Positions 50,965-64,000 of a DNA stretch of 64,000 bases are shown piece by piece. The DNA comes from Octopus sinensis (taxonomy: Eukaryota), in contig NC_043006.1 in assembly GCF_006345805.1 (NCBI RefSeq), positions 50,034,001 to 50,098,000 on the forward strand, read 5' to 3'. Numbering within the stretch: position 1 is the first letter of the stretch; every line of letters starts with the position of its first letter. The notes under the pieces were generated by a model. The model was given only the letters and a program-made list of their open reading frames with translations. It was not told where the DNA came from and ran no database searches. The position numbers were made by a program, and so were the translations under genes.

Positions 50965-52389
50965 CCTTCTGATTTTTTACCTTTTATATACTTTTTCAGA
51001 TCTTTGTTGTAGAATAGATCGCACGTTGCATCAGACAACAGATTAATTATCGTTATACTTTCATATCTCTTTTACAAGAAAGCTTCCTGGGTTAAAATTT
51101 AGAGTTAACTCCCCTGATATGAAATTATCTCATCTCAGATTTGTCCTTTCATTATCCCTCTATCAAAGAAGTCGTTCTTATGTTCTTACAAACAAAATGC
51201 TTGGGGGCATTCATTCCGGTTTTACGTTCTGAGTTCAAGTGCCACCGAGGTCGACTTTACCTTTCATCCTCTTGAGATCGTTAAAATAAGTACTAGTCGA
51301 GCACTAGGATCGTATGTGATCGACTGGCCCACTCCCCCAGAATTACAAGCCTTGTTCCTATAGCTGAAAAGATTATTCCGGGACCGGTAAAATAAGTTTC
51401 CAGTGAAGTACCGGTGTCGATGTATTTGACTGTTGTCGCTTTCAAAATTTTCGGCCTTTTACTGAGATAAGAAATCAATTTCTGTTTCAATTCTCGTTGC
51501 AGTCTTTGGGGCGATGTTTCGTTTTATAATCCAGAAAGTGAAGTGAAGCTACCGAAATTAGCATGTATTCTTTGAAATGTAATAAAGTGATGCAAGCCTA
51601 ACGTTACAAAATGATAACTGTGAATTTTGTTTTGGTGGTGGTGGTGTTGGGGAGATGTTTTTGGTTTATTCTAGTATATCTTTTAACTTTTACCTACATC
51701 AGTCATTGGACTGTGGGGCCATGTTGAGGTACTGCCTTAAAGGGTTTAGTCGAACAAATACACTCTCTTTGTAATTGTTTTTTTTTTTTTATAAGTTTGG
51801 TAATTGTTCTATCACTGCTTTTGGCAAACTACTAAGCTACGGGGCTGTAGATAAAACACTGCTTGTCAAGCAGTGGTGGGAGCATACACATACACAAAAA
51901 CACAGATGTGTGTGTGTGTGTGTACTGTTTCGTCATTGAAGGGATCAGGAAACAAAATACTCCATCTAGTACATTGCTGTATTCATCATGCACGTATGTT
52001 TTCAATGCGTTGCAGGCGTACGATACATAACGACGACGTTTACAAGACGCACAAATATCATCTCTTATCGTTTACTTGTTTCAGTCATTGGACTGCGGCC
52101 ATTCTGGGGCATCACCTTGAAGGGTTTAGTCGGACAAATGGATCCCAGTACTTCTTTTTTAAGTCGACCACTTGCTCTATCGGTCTCTCTTTGCCGAACT
52201 TCTAGGTTACGGGGACGTAAGCAAACCAATACCAGCTGTTAAGTGATTGTGGGGGACAAACACACACACACACACATCCATGTCCTCAAGTCAAGAGATT
52301 TACGATGCCGCGGCTCAACGATGCTCTGGCATCCAGTGGGTTTAAGGACCGCATCTCTTGTATGAGAGACCTGGCATTCGCAAAAGGAA

Positions 52390-52575
52390 GTCCCACCGTT
52401 ACGTTGTTTGGTTTACCCCACCCTTCTCTTCCCCTATGTGAGAAGAATATTCCTTAGATTGGTGGACAAACATTTCACTCAGTCACACAAATACAGACGT
52501 TTGTTTATTCGCCACAACCTAAGGTTATCCTTCAGTTGCGCGCTCAACGTTAAGAAAATTTTAGTGAGCATCCTT
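52390..52575 (+). mobile_element. Penelope-like element relic (RT-to-endonuclease linker)
   Basis: VWFTPPFS...IFLRLVDKHFTQSHKYRRLFIRHNLRLSFSCALNVKKI resembles the WFNPP...FL.L.DKHF...SYSC motif. Confidence 0.6.
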
Positions 52576-52640
52576 AAGCCGCGAGCAGAGGCAGGATGCT
52601 CATATTGACAAATATTATTCAAATTTCTTATATATATATA

Positions 52641-53509
52641 TCTAATATATAAAATCCGTTCTGTCTGTCTGCTTCTGTGCTTATTACTCGAGTATGGTTC
52701 CTCTGATCGCGCTGAAAATTTTAAACATGGATACATGAGAGAGCGGGTCATTCTGTGATCTAAAAAGATTTTCAAAATTTTCAAAGTGACAATCGTTATT
52801 TTTGTAATCTTTTTGTCCTGTTTGTTCCGCCATTAAAAGCAATGAGTTTGCTCAGATAGCCGGCACATACAAATTCGCTAGCAACAAGGGGAGTGCAGGA
52901 TGATAGTCAGCCAAAACCGTCACTATTCTGTCTCTCTTCTTTCCTCCCTCTGTCCCTCTTATGATGTCCGATTCCACTTGAAGTTGCATATATATTGTGT
53001 TAAGATTCGTTATCAATCAATTGTCTTTATTGAGAAGAAACAGTCAAAAGTAACCACAACATACAATCACCAAACATCTCCACTACTTAATACTGCCCAA
53101 GTTAACCCTCTTTACCTTTACAGCTGACATGAAAAACTACAACGAAAAGGCAACCATTTTAATTAAGCGAAAACGAGAAAAAAATTGATTGCTATTAAAA
53201 TGCGTAAAATTTTGGGGTTAATAATCTTAATCTTTAGTTACAGTTTCTCATTCAAACTACATAATAGGCAGAATTGTCGGATTAAGATAGGGTGTATAGA
53301 CATATACACATGCAGATATACAGAAAATCGAAATAAAATACTTAAAGCAACAGGCGTCAAATACAACAGCCAAGGTCCATGCAGTGGAAATTTCGAACTT
53401 CTTGCCTAATGTGAGCCAAGTGCAATCTCTTATCTCTTACACTATTTCAGTATATCGTCTCTATTGTAAAGTTGTGAGATAATACTTACAGTTTGAAAGA
53501 GGCCTGTCC

Positions 53510-53575
<66 letters not shown>

Positions 53576-53902
53576 TAAATTCCTTATGCATTCAAAAACG
53601 AGTTACAGATTTTGACATATGAGGTATCAAAAGATTCAGTACTATTTCGATTACAAATTAAACTTAATTTCCATTCACATATTTGCGTTTCAAAAATTTA
53701 ACATTATAATCTTTTCCACAAAACAACTATCATAAACATTTTATACGGTAATATCACATTTTCTATATGTGTGTGTATCTTAAAAGACATGAATCATCAC
53801 GACACACACCTTCACTCACTCACTCACTCACACACATATTCTATCTCTCTTTCTCACTTTCTTTCTCGCTGTCACACACTCGCACGCACGCACACACACA
53901 CA

Positions 53903-53981
<79 letters not shown>

Positions 53982-55131
53982 CCATTTCATATAGCCGTAC
54001 ATACATCATTCACTTTCTCTGTCCTTTTCGCTTTCTCTTCTTTCAATTTTTGCTCTCATCAAATAAAGTTTTACGGATAGAACTGCATACAAAAATAGGG
54101 ATTAATGTATAATTTCTTTCTATGTTCATAATTTTTTTGTTTACAATATTGAAAAAACTATGCTACCAAAGAAAAGACGTAATCTCTCCAGAAACAAGTA
54201 TAAAGCAAAGAGGATTGCAGAAAACCGAAGGCGAGAGTCTGAAGAGAGAAGCGAGATGAGATTTTCTCAAGATCAGCAAATGCAGGTTGCAGTACTTAAT
54301 GCTGGATCATTAATCAATGTTTTAATGATTAGACAGAGGTCCAATGGTATAGCTCTCAGAAACAGATTTCATACAAATTCGTTCTTCACAACTCCTGAAG
54401 CTGTTTTCAGATATGATCCATCCCATTCTTATAAAAATAATAACTCTTAACCAAATTGGTGTGCTAAACACAAATTGTCGTTTCTGTAGAGCTTTAAAAT
54501 TTTCAAATGAAACAGATTGTATGTACTGCTCGGGCGGTCAGGTAACATTACCAGTACTACCGGCTCCTTCTCAACCTCTTATGGATCTTCTAGAAGACAC
54601 TTCTATCCAGTCAAAGTATTTTCTGAACAATATCAGACAATACAACTTTGCCTTTCAAATGACATCGTTGGTGCATCTAAGAAGATAGATAAACATGAAT
54701 TTACGCTGACGTCAAAGTTCAAGGGTAAGTCTTTCACCTGTTACCCAAAAAGGAACAACCACAGTTCCTCCAAATTTACTTTATGAATGATGTAGGCCAA
54801 CAAACCCGAAGGAGGTGTCAAAATTTCAGATGATGGGTCGTGTTAGACACAGCGCCAACTGCTGCAAAAGAAAATATATCCACTGACAGCTTTTCGGTGC
54901 GTTAAAAAAATCACATAACCCCCACCACCGTTTTCCATGACACGTTAGGGCATGAAATACTCCAAACAAACGCATAGCATGTTGCTTAGTCGAATTAGCC
55001 CATCATTTACTCCACAAATGTTTTGTTGTCAATGCTGCACTTTCCCATATCACCTGTTTCAACATAACTGTAATATATTATATACAAAATATGCCATTTT
55101 AATCCCGAGCAATGCCGGGTATCTCTGCTAG
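52641..55131 (+). mobile_element. Non-autonomous Helitron (2491 bp) with a RepHel N-terminal relic
   Basis: A|TCTAATATATAAAATCCG at the 5' end. CCCGAGCAATGCCGGG hairpin, then CTAG|T, at the 3' end (55128-55131). Confidence 0.85.
54160..54790 (+). pseudogene. Helitron RepHel N-terminal fragment
   Basis: MLPKKRRNLSR...FRYDP; IG.L...CRFCRALKFSNE...C.GGQVTLP..P..PL.DLL....SKYFLNNIRQYNFAFQMTS; KVQG.VFH; PQFLQIYF. Split by frameshifts. Confidence 0.8.
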
Positions 55132-55289
55132 TGTGTATGTATGTATATATATATATATTTAAATAATGAGGGTGATAAATAGAATATTAATTTAATTAAC
55201 ATCAATTTAAAACCAGTAGCCTAGCATATAGAAAAATCTGAAAAATTGTATTACATGCAATATATACGAATATGCATACATACATACAT

Positions 55290-56234
55290 GTATGCCGACT
55301 TTCTTAAGAAAGTCGGCAACAAAATAGAGACAGATATCTATTATAAACCGACAGACTCCAAGCAGTACCTATTCTTTGATTCATGCCACCCAAGACACAT
55401 TAGAATAAATGTCCCTTTTTGTTTAGCTAGAAGGATTTGCACCATAATATCAGACACAAACACCCGACACATACGTCTCCAGGAACTTAGAACTACACTC
55501 ATAAATAGAAATTATCCACAGCTACTAATAGACAGTGCAATCCAACGAGCACTTAAATTAAGTGTAGAAGACCTGAGACAAACAAAACCAAAAAAAGAAA
55601 GAAAAATTAAAAACCCTTCCCTACATCTCTACACACAACCCACTTAACAATGAGGCCTTCAACACCATACTACAAAGCACAGCCCTACTAAAGGGAGACC
55701 CAAAGATGAACCGGATCCTCGACACACACACCATCATCAAAAGTAAACGGCAACCAAAATCCTTGAAAAAAATTTTAACCCAAGCTAAACTGCACTCAAC
55801 ATCAACCACAAAACCAGCAGTTAGAAAATGTGGAAAGCCTAACTGCGGAATCTGTGTCATCTTGGTAGAATGTTCAGAATTCACATTAGAACAAGGCTAT
55901 CAGTTCACCATCAGAACAAACTTCACCTGTGCATCAGAAAACTTAATTTACGTCTTAACATGCGCAGGTTGCAATAAGCAGTATATAGGCCATACAAAAA
56001 ACAGCTTACGTAAAAGGATGGCTGTGCACAAATCCCAAATTAGAAACCCTGAATACCGGAAAATACCGTCAGCGGACACATAGATAGATGTGCTTCAAAT
56101 AAAAATCCGAAATTTACAACTTGCCCACTTTACAAATTCAGTGACAGCGTAACCTTCACCCAACGCCAAAATAAAGAACTTTATTTCATTGAAAAATTTA
56201 GACCAAGTTTGAACACCCTGGGCCAGGAATATTA
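55290..56234 (+). mobile_element. Penelope-like element, 5'-truncated (RT thumb + GIY-YIG endonuclease), frameshifted
   Basis: TDIYYKPTDSKQYL.F.SCHP.H....P..LARRI; KCGKPNCGIC; FTCASENLIYVLTC..C.KQYIG.T..LRKRM..H; ELYFIEKFRPSLN. Confidence 0.9.
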
Positions 56235-56269
56235 AAACAAAACATTGGTCTTCCGAAAAGAAAAATGGA

Positions 56270-56600
56270 ATTCTACCACAACCACCACGATTGCTCCTAC
56301 TATCACTGCTACTACAACCACCGTGGTCACTACTATTGCTGCTACGATCAACAGTCCTCCACTACTGCTGCTGCTACTACGGCCACAGCTTAACTGCTAC
56401 AACCTCAACCACGGTTGCCACTACTACGACCAACAGTAACTGCTACTACTGCCATTTCAGTCACTGGTCATCCTACTGCTGCTAAGACTGCCACAGCTGA
56501 GCTGCTGCAACCCCAACCACCACCACCACCACGGTTACTACTACTACAACCAAGAGTCACTACTGCTGCTACCATTTCAGTCGCGGGTCATTCTAACACA
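56270..56600. repeat. Degenerate (ACT/ACC/GCT)n trinucleotide tract downstream of the Penelope ORF
   Basis: Direct reading. Confidence 0.75.
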
Positions 56601-59600
56601 AGAAAGCTAAAAAAACAACCACGTGGATCCCGTTGATACCAGCAAGAAACAATAATGGGATCTTTTCAATTCTGAAGCCAGGACCACAGATCTTTCTACT
56701 TAACTAAATATTCTGAAACTTCGTATGCTGATAGAGTCTAGCAAAACAAGACACAGGTTGGAACTAGTTTATTTGAGAAAAATCTATTTTATGACTTTAA
56801 TCGTAGATTAAAACTGCGAATTTTAACCAATCAGATTGTTTGTTTTCATGTGTAAAACTTGACTGCATTCTATTAGTGTGACGTAGAAAGCGCTTTTGTG
56901 ACGTACTAACGTTCGGAAAACTGTAAACAAACACAGAACGTAACGGCAGACGAAATACGGCTACGCATTTCGCCCGGCGTGCTAACGTTTCTGCCAGCTC
57001 TTTGCTTTTTTAATATTAAATTTCTTGCCTTTTGCACAAATAAATACAATAAGTGAAATGAAACGCATTAGCTTAGAAACGAAATCTTGTTAGAAGCCTC
57101 GTCACTGAGATGCCACTTCTTAATAGCAAACGAAAGCAAGTACTAACAGAATGGAAACATTTTCAATTTAATACATGTGGCTTATTAACTAGTTTCAAAT
57201 ATTGTTATTAGAAGGTGGCTGACTATAGGATCCTGGAAACATGAGTACGTTAAATAATTAGAAGGAGATTTCACGGAGACATGCGGCTTGTTTACATTTA
57301 AGATGTTTAATACGTCACCAAATTGGTGGTCGAGACGGAGTAAATAAAATAAAGCCGAATGACGGAATATCATTGGTTAAAATTCTAATTATTAAACAAC
57401 GTTAAACTTAGAATTTACAATTCCGTTTTCATTCTGGTTTACAATTAAGTTTACTTTTGACACATTCTACCAGTATACGAAGTTTCAAATTGTTTGGTTC
57501 AGTAGGAAAAATTTGAAAAAACTGGCTTCAGAATTGAAAAGATCCCAATAATGAACTTCTTTACAACACTCAACTTGAAATTTATAATTATTATACCTAC
57601 TACCGACAAAACACCACCACATGGATTCTATTGAGACCAGTAAGAAAAAATTATGAACTTTTCTATGACACTTTACTTTTTAAAATATTTTTGATAAGGT
57701 TCGTTTTTTCAAGAACCGAAACATGTAAAATTCATAAGAAAATTAAAATTGATATAATATAGTGGCGTTTTCAAACTTCTTTTCTAAAAATATATACCCA
57801 CTCGTACACGATCTACTCTTATTATATATATATATATACATATGTTTGAAATATTGGGGGTGATGTACAGATTTAATACATATGAAAGAAAAAAGGTGTT
57901 CAGAATGCTGGATGGTTGTAAAAATATATATTTATTTACATATCACATATTATCAGAAATGTCCGTTTGTAAAGTTTTGCCTGTATTTATATTATTGGTA
58001 AATGAAATGGAGAGAGAGAGAGAGTGTGTATATAATGGGGAATAGAGGGAGGGAGAAGGTGAGAGAGAGATGGAGAAGGTGAAAGAGAGAGAACATGGGT
58101 GTGTGTGTTTTAATACTGTGTATTTTTTCTCTTTTTTCTACCACGTAGCCATGCCTGCAGCTATTAGTTTTCTAAATCCTTCAGTTACGTAAAAAAAAAA
58201 AAAAAACTTACTACACACCGTTTCAAAAATACTGTCTTAATTACGCTTAAATTCAATGCTGACAACGGATGCAGAACTTCTAAAATTGCATGTTATTCTC
58301 CCAGTTAATCTGGTTCTTGTCAAATGACTGTATAGAGCAGTATCTCTTAGTATTTTAGTATTCGCAAACTGCCAAAGTTATGGCAGTGTGATTAGGAAGT
58401 TCACTCCGCAACCGATAGGTTTCTGGTTCAGTCCTCCTCCGCGGCACTTTGGGATGGTGTCTTCTAAAATGACTCCAGGCAGACCAACGCCTTGAGAAAA
58501 ATAAACATTTTTTCTTAATGAAATTTTCAGCAAATACATTTCATATATATGTAGATTATGATTATAACGGAATTTGCAGTGAAATGTTTTCCAGAGAGTG
58601 GTGTGGGTGAGGAGACGTGATTCGGAAAATTCCATTTTTTTCTTTTTCAACATCGATCTTTGTTTCATCATAACTTTCAGAAAAAAAAAAAAGGTATTTT
58701 TAATGAAAATTTCTCCAAATACTTTTCAGATGGTGTAGATTGCGATGATATCAGAATTTAGTGTGAAGAAAGAAAGAAATAACCTTCCTCGAATTTCTTT
58801 CGTCATATGTTTTCATGAAGAAGACTACAATAATGTTGAAAAAAAAAATTACTTTAGAGAACCATTACATATGTTTCCTACTGATTTATTAATCGAATAA
58901 TTAAAAAAAAAAAAAAAAAAAAAAAATTCATCGCAGTCTTAATTCCTTTCCTTTCAACAAACTCAGAGGCAGCCCTTTCATTACGAGGTCGCTTGGTCTG
59001 CAAGAAACAGCAGAGATCATGTGGGTATATTCTATGATATATAGCATACAAAACAGCTATCCCCTCAAATTCATTTCTGAAAATTTTAATCTCAAATTAT
59101 GCTAGTATTTCTAGAAAAGTTCAACTTCTTAAAAATTACAACTTAACAAATTCCAGCGAGAAAGGGTAGAACAGTTCTCAAAAGTTTTTTTTTTTGTTTG
59201 AACATAGTTGTAATCGTATGAGGAAACAAAGACGAGATGCGTAAAATATCTCATCGCTTCCATTTTTTTTTTCTTCAACATCAATCTCTGATATAATCGT
59301 AATCTGAAAGATGTCTGAAGAAAATTTCACTAAAAATGCCTATTCATATAAAAGTTATGATGTGGAAGCAAGATCAAGAAGCGGGTGTGCCTGCATATAC
59401 TTCCGCAAAATGCACTGGTCAGACGGGAGATCAGTAGGAGACAAAATTGCTATGATGTCTCAGTGATTCTCAACCTGAAACAACGTTGTTCCAACTGAGC
59501 TTCAATAACTACACAACCGTACCGGCGCCGAGGAATGGAATGCTTTCTGCTCCTGTGTTTCTGAAGCGTTCACCCATCTTAGGCTCGACGTTGCTTATTT

Positions 59601-60738
59601 ATACATATTTAGGTGTAAAAACCGTAACATTAACTATTTTTAGAAGTGAAAAAAAAATCCTTTTAAAATATATTTATTTACTTTTTTTTTTGTTTTTCTG
59701 AATTTCTGTTCTGAACGATCAAAATAAAAATTCTAAAAAAGTAAAGGTGATTTTAAAAAAACCCATAATGAAACGAATAAATACATTTTTCAATATAAAT
59801 GCAATATCTTCATTATATGCACAAAAGTTCTTCAGGACGTCCCGAAATTTAACCACCTGTGAAGAATTACTTAGTAGTGAACCGTTGTGGAATCACAGAT
59901 AAACTTTGATCAAAAACTTTCCACCTGCGACCACCTTGTATGCTTAAAAATAACGAAGGAAGAATATTATTTGATGCGTCATTCTTTCTCTCTAATATAA
60001 AGGGTGTAATATGAAGGCGATTACGTAGGTATTTCTAGCAGGTTGAACGATCTCATAGAGGCTCTCTTCTTAGCGGAAGTTGGTTCGTAGTTATCTGCCC
60101 CTGTTGGCACGAATTGATTTTTGTTCGGTGGATTCGCAGACAAACCTCTTTTTTAAAAAACAGAAATTCTTCAGGCTGACAACTTGGGCCTAACTGTGTG
60201 TCGCTTGGATGTATCCAGGTCATCCTTAAAAGTAATTTAGACCACAACCCAACGGCTCCTAATTTTCGTGTTTGTCCTATTCATCTTTTTATCTCCGCAA
60301 GTTAACAGAAAGCTCTAAAAAAAAAAGAGGTTCTGTAAAACAAGCAAAAAAAACATTTAAAAATTTTATAAACTAAAAAAAAACATCGAAAGAAAAGAAA
60401 AACAACGAAAAAGCAAAAAACAGAAAAAAGAAAAACAACAAAAATCCGAAAAAAAAAGGAAAAGAAAAAAGTAAACCTCACAATACATACGACAAAGACA
60501 AAATAATTTCCAGAAATTCTAAATTAAGTATAAAGTAAAAGGACATAAAAAAATAATTACAGAAATATTATTTATTATTAGCTAATAGCTTCTAAAAGTA
60601 ATACAAACCACAGAAAGAAAAGAAAGAAGGAATACGACATCCGTGAAAGCCAAACCAAAAGCAGGAACGAAAGTTCTACAAGGTAGTTTAGAGAGACTAA
60701 GAGATTAAAAGAGGAAGACAGAAAGAACAAGTGCAAGA

Positions 60739-60840
60739 ATGGCGGAGAGCCTGGAAGCTAAGATTGAGAAATATTCTCAAGAAAACGTTTTTCTGCATAA
60801 ATATTGCATCTTAAAGAAGAAATGCGACACACTTCAGCAG
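60739..60840 (+). CDS. Probable first coding exon (34 codons) of a TFPT/INO80F-like coiled-coil protein; the rest of the gene was not found in the window
   Basis: Good Kozak context (caagaATGG). Open frame MAESLEAKIEKYSQENVFLHKYCILKKKCDTLQQ ending at a consensus donor CAG|GTAAGA (phase 0). KY..L.++C..++Q resembles TFPT KYQALGRRCREIEQ (recalled, not searched). Confidence 0.55.
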
Positions 60841-61053
60841 GTAAGAAAACGCTCTGACTGTAAACAAATACCTACACAACACCTGTGCTACCTACAGTCA
60901 TACTAGTATGTGTGTGTGTGTGTATGTATAAAGTATATATACACACACCTAGATCTTTGTTATTTTATTACTTTTACATGTGGTATGGTATTTTCACTTC
61001 TGCATAACTTGTTTCGTATTTCTTTTGTTGCTTTACCACTTGATGAAACGTGT

Positions 61054-61089
<36 letters not shown>

Positions 61090-63269
61090 CACATACACGC
61101 ATACACAGATAAATTGTGAGTAAATCCACCTGCCTATGTCTAATAAGCAGATTTAGCGTCTTTGTGAAAATAGATCCCGTTGTTAAGCCAGGCTGGACTC
61201 GTAGTGAACACCTCGATTAGTTTCCGCTATTTATTGCAGCCTTATTGAAAATATAAATGAACATTTAGATTCATTTTGTGTGCAGAGAGAAAGTGTTTAC
61301 ACAGCGTGACAAAAATATCTCAAACAAGCCTGTGAACTTTTGCATAGTTTATATACTCACGCAATGTTACTGTGTGTGTGGGTGTGCGTATATAGTTATA
61401 AATCATTTTTACGTCTGCATTTCTTCATTGATACTGGTTGGATAAGTCGTTATGGTCCCAATAGTTAATGTCCTCTTAGACGTTGTGGGTGATAATATAT
61501 CGCTCGTATGTTCTGCTATTTGCTTTTTGCGTTTAAGAAATAAATTAATGGTCCAGAAAGTGAAACTAAAGTCGGCAGTGATCGTCATTTTCCAGAACTT
61601 AGCAGTGAAAGAATTGTTTTCTTTGGAATAAAATAAAAGTGATGTAAACCGATTTGTTTTCGTAAAATGCTTTTATTTTATAATTTTTTAAAACGATAAA
61701 CTAAAATTTAAGAATTAGACTCTCAAGGCATTCAACAAATTCTGTAGAATTTAAATTTCTTTGTGCGATCGTCATGAAATAAATATGAGAAAGCGCTGAA
61801 GTGCTATACGTAGCCTAATGTTTATTTTCTATGTTTGCTCTATACACCTCATTGTATTTATGTAGATAGATAGATTGATCGCTTGGATCTACAGAATAAA
61901 GACTGACAGTATCGTGATAGGTAGCTGTTGACATGCATGCTGGCAATCGGTTATATGTCCAGGCATGGCTGTATGGTTAAGAAGTTTGCTTCCTAACCAC
62001 ATAGTCGAACTGAACCTGGAGGCTGTAGTAGAGAGGATTTTGGTAAGTCCATTACTATAGCCTCACTACAATCAAAGCCTTGTGAGTGGATTTGGTAGAC
62101 TGAAGCTGTGTATTTGTGTGAGACATATATAGCGCCCGTACTGGTGCCACATTAGAAGTACCCAGCACACACTGTAATGGTTAGCATTAGGATAGGCATC
62201 CAGCTGTAGAAACCAAACCAAATCAGAGTGGAACCTGGTACAGCTCTCCAGGTTGTCGGCTATGCTCAAACCGTCCAGCCAATGCTGGCATGGAAAATGA
62301 ACATTAAAGAATGATTTATATATATATATACATTCTCTGTTTCATTTTATTACTAACTTTAGTTTGTTGAGTACTACTGAACACTATTTCAAATCATTAT
62401 GCCAGTTTTTACTGACTTCACTAGTTTCACTTTCTGGATCATAAAATGAAACATCAACTGTTTTTACTTTTTGCATATTCTCTATGGCTGTATGCATCTC
62501 TTATGGTCAGTTACAGTGCAAAGTGGAATGGGTGCATTTTTATCATGACAGCACTATTTTGCCGTGTCCTTGACAAGGTATAAAGCATCTTCTCCATCCT
62601 ATGTTGTCTCCTTTTGTTCACAAGCATTTAAAAGCTAACTCTTTCCTGGTGGGTAGAAGAGAGTGGTAAAAAAGGACCAGACTGAGGAGGAGCAGAGTGA
62701 GAGAAACAAGAGGGTGATAGGAACAAGAATAGAAGAAAAGAAAGTGCTAGCTACATGATTGTTGGTTGGGAGATTCAGTCAAGACAGTATGAGCAATATA
62801 TGATGAAAGAAGAGTGCTTAGAGAGAGGTAGAGTAACAAGTTAGTATTGGATGTGAGCAAGTTAAGGGACAGAGAGTTTGTGGTTGTTACAATAATAGGT
62901 AATGTAGGGAGTAATGTGAGGTTGACGAATAGCAATGAAGATAGGTGATAAGAGTGGGAGTGATGAAATGTGTTGGAGGAGAGAGTAATGATAGAGAGAA
63001 AGAAGTGAGTAATGAAGAACTTGTGATAGTAACGTGGGGAATTGAATACAAACAAGACAAATCCTTGTGATGCTAACTGTCATAACAGGCAACATGCAGA
63101 GAGAAAGAATAATTGCTGCAGGTAGGGGAATGTAATGAGTGGAGTGAGAATAATGGAAAAAATGAGATAGTAATTAAGAGAGTACATAGAGACATAAAAT
63201 GAACATGATGCTTAAGAGAAATCCAAATATAGATATACATCCCAATTTCCATTACCATCAATATTTTAC

Positions 63270-63800
63270 ATGTGTTTTTCTATGCTTGCATAGGTTGGGC
63301 AAATCATCTCCAGAACAGTGTTTTGCCACAAGTCATGTTCTTTGTCTTTTAACAAGGTTCAACTTCTTGAGATAAATCTTTACCACTTTATCGATTGTCT
63401 TCCTTGGCTTCACTCTTCCAGGGTCCTCTCACTTTGAATTCTCAGCACTTCTTTACACCACTAGCATCTGCCATTTGCATCACATTCTACCATTGCCTTC
63501 TTTCCTGCATACTGCATCAAATTCCTCTTATATCTAGTTTTTCTCTCAGTTTTTTTTTGCTCCTTCATTCATGCTCACTAACAAGTGGAGTATGCTTGCT
63601 TCATTCTTCTCTTTCCAGCCTTTGCAAATTCTCTGTGTTCAAGGTTCACATCTTGCTGCCATGCAATATTGCATTATCTGAGAAAGGAACTCTTTGTTGT
63701 TAGAAGTAATATCTCCTTGAATTTTTCCATGGCATTCTTACTGTGGCATTACTGTATCTTGGTTTCAGAATAGGTATTCCATATCCCTGTCATAAGAGGT
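63270..63800 (-). mobile_element. RTE-X-like LINE 3' relic
   Basis: Minus strand gives LQRLER..EASIL...LREKLDIRGI...(R)KTIDKVVK, highly degenerate. Confidence 0.5.
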
Positions 63801-64000
63801 GGCTAAAAGGGCTGGTGACTGGGAATTTGTCCAACCAATTCTTCCATGTAGCAGTAGACATAAAATCATAATTATTATGTTCCTATTGTAATAGCTGAAA
63901 GGGTTTTAGGTGGAGATATGGCTGCTATTTCTAGCAGGTTGAATGACTGTATAGATGTTCCCTCATTTGCTCATGCTCTAGCTGATGTCAGTTATATAAA

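Noticed and set aside
58500-59370. Degenerate direct and inverted sub-repeats suggesting a foldback MITE
   Set aside because: Similarity is visible but too decayed to define termini or a TSD by eye.
60053-60247. 64-aa minus-strand ORF divergent from the TFPT-like exon
   Set aside because: Starts at a non-ATG codon, ends in a common short repeat, and has no recognisable motif.

Overview
This is eukaryotic, AT-rich, microsatellite- and transposon-dense genomic DNA. It is probably from an octopus; that is inferred from recalled SINE families and not verified. Host genes: (1) an intact, intronless AIMP1/EMAP-II-like CDS (50089-50964, minus); (2) a disrupted tandem paralog of it (45302-46456); (3) a probable 102-nt first coding exon of a TFPT/INO80F-like gene (60739-60840, plus), too short for the ORF track. 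The rest is nested mobile DNA: an RTE LINE, an R4/Dong-clade LINE, Penelope-like relics, mariner/Tc1 elements, two Helitrons, a hAT MITE, several tRNA-headed SINE families, and four minisatellite families packed between 7 and 21.5 kb. The main discovery candidate is two diverged copies of a retroelement with an L1/Tx1-type ORF1 and no detectable ORF2 (6019-21590 plus; 42422-44146 minus). They sit in two different copies of the same SINE at the same position of its tRNA-derived head, each with a target duplication of (AA)GTAGCTTGCTTA(C). This suggests a SINE-targeting, sequence-specific, HAL1-like non-autonomous retrotransposon family. Other notable structures are a ~150-bp direct duplication flanking one SINE and two near-identical local templated copies (163 bp direct into a Helitron; 39 bp inverted into a mariner). 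All alignments were done by eye and no database search was run.
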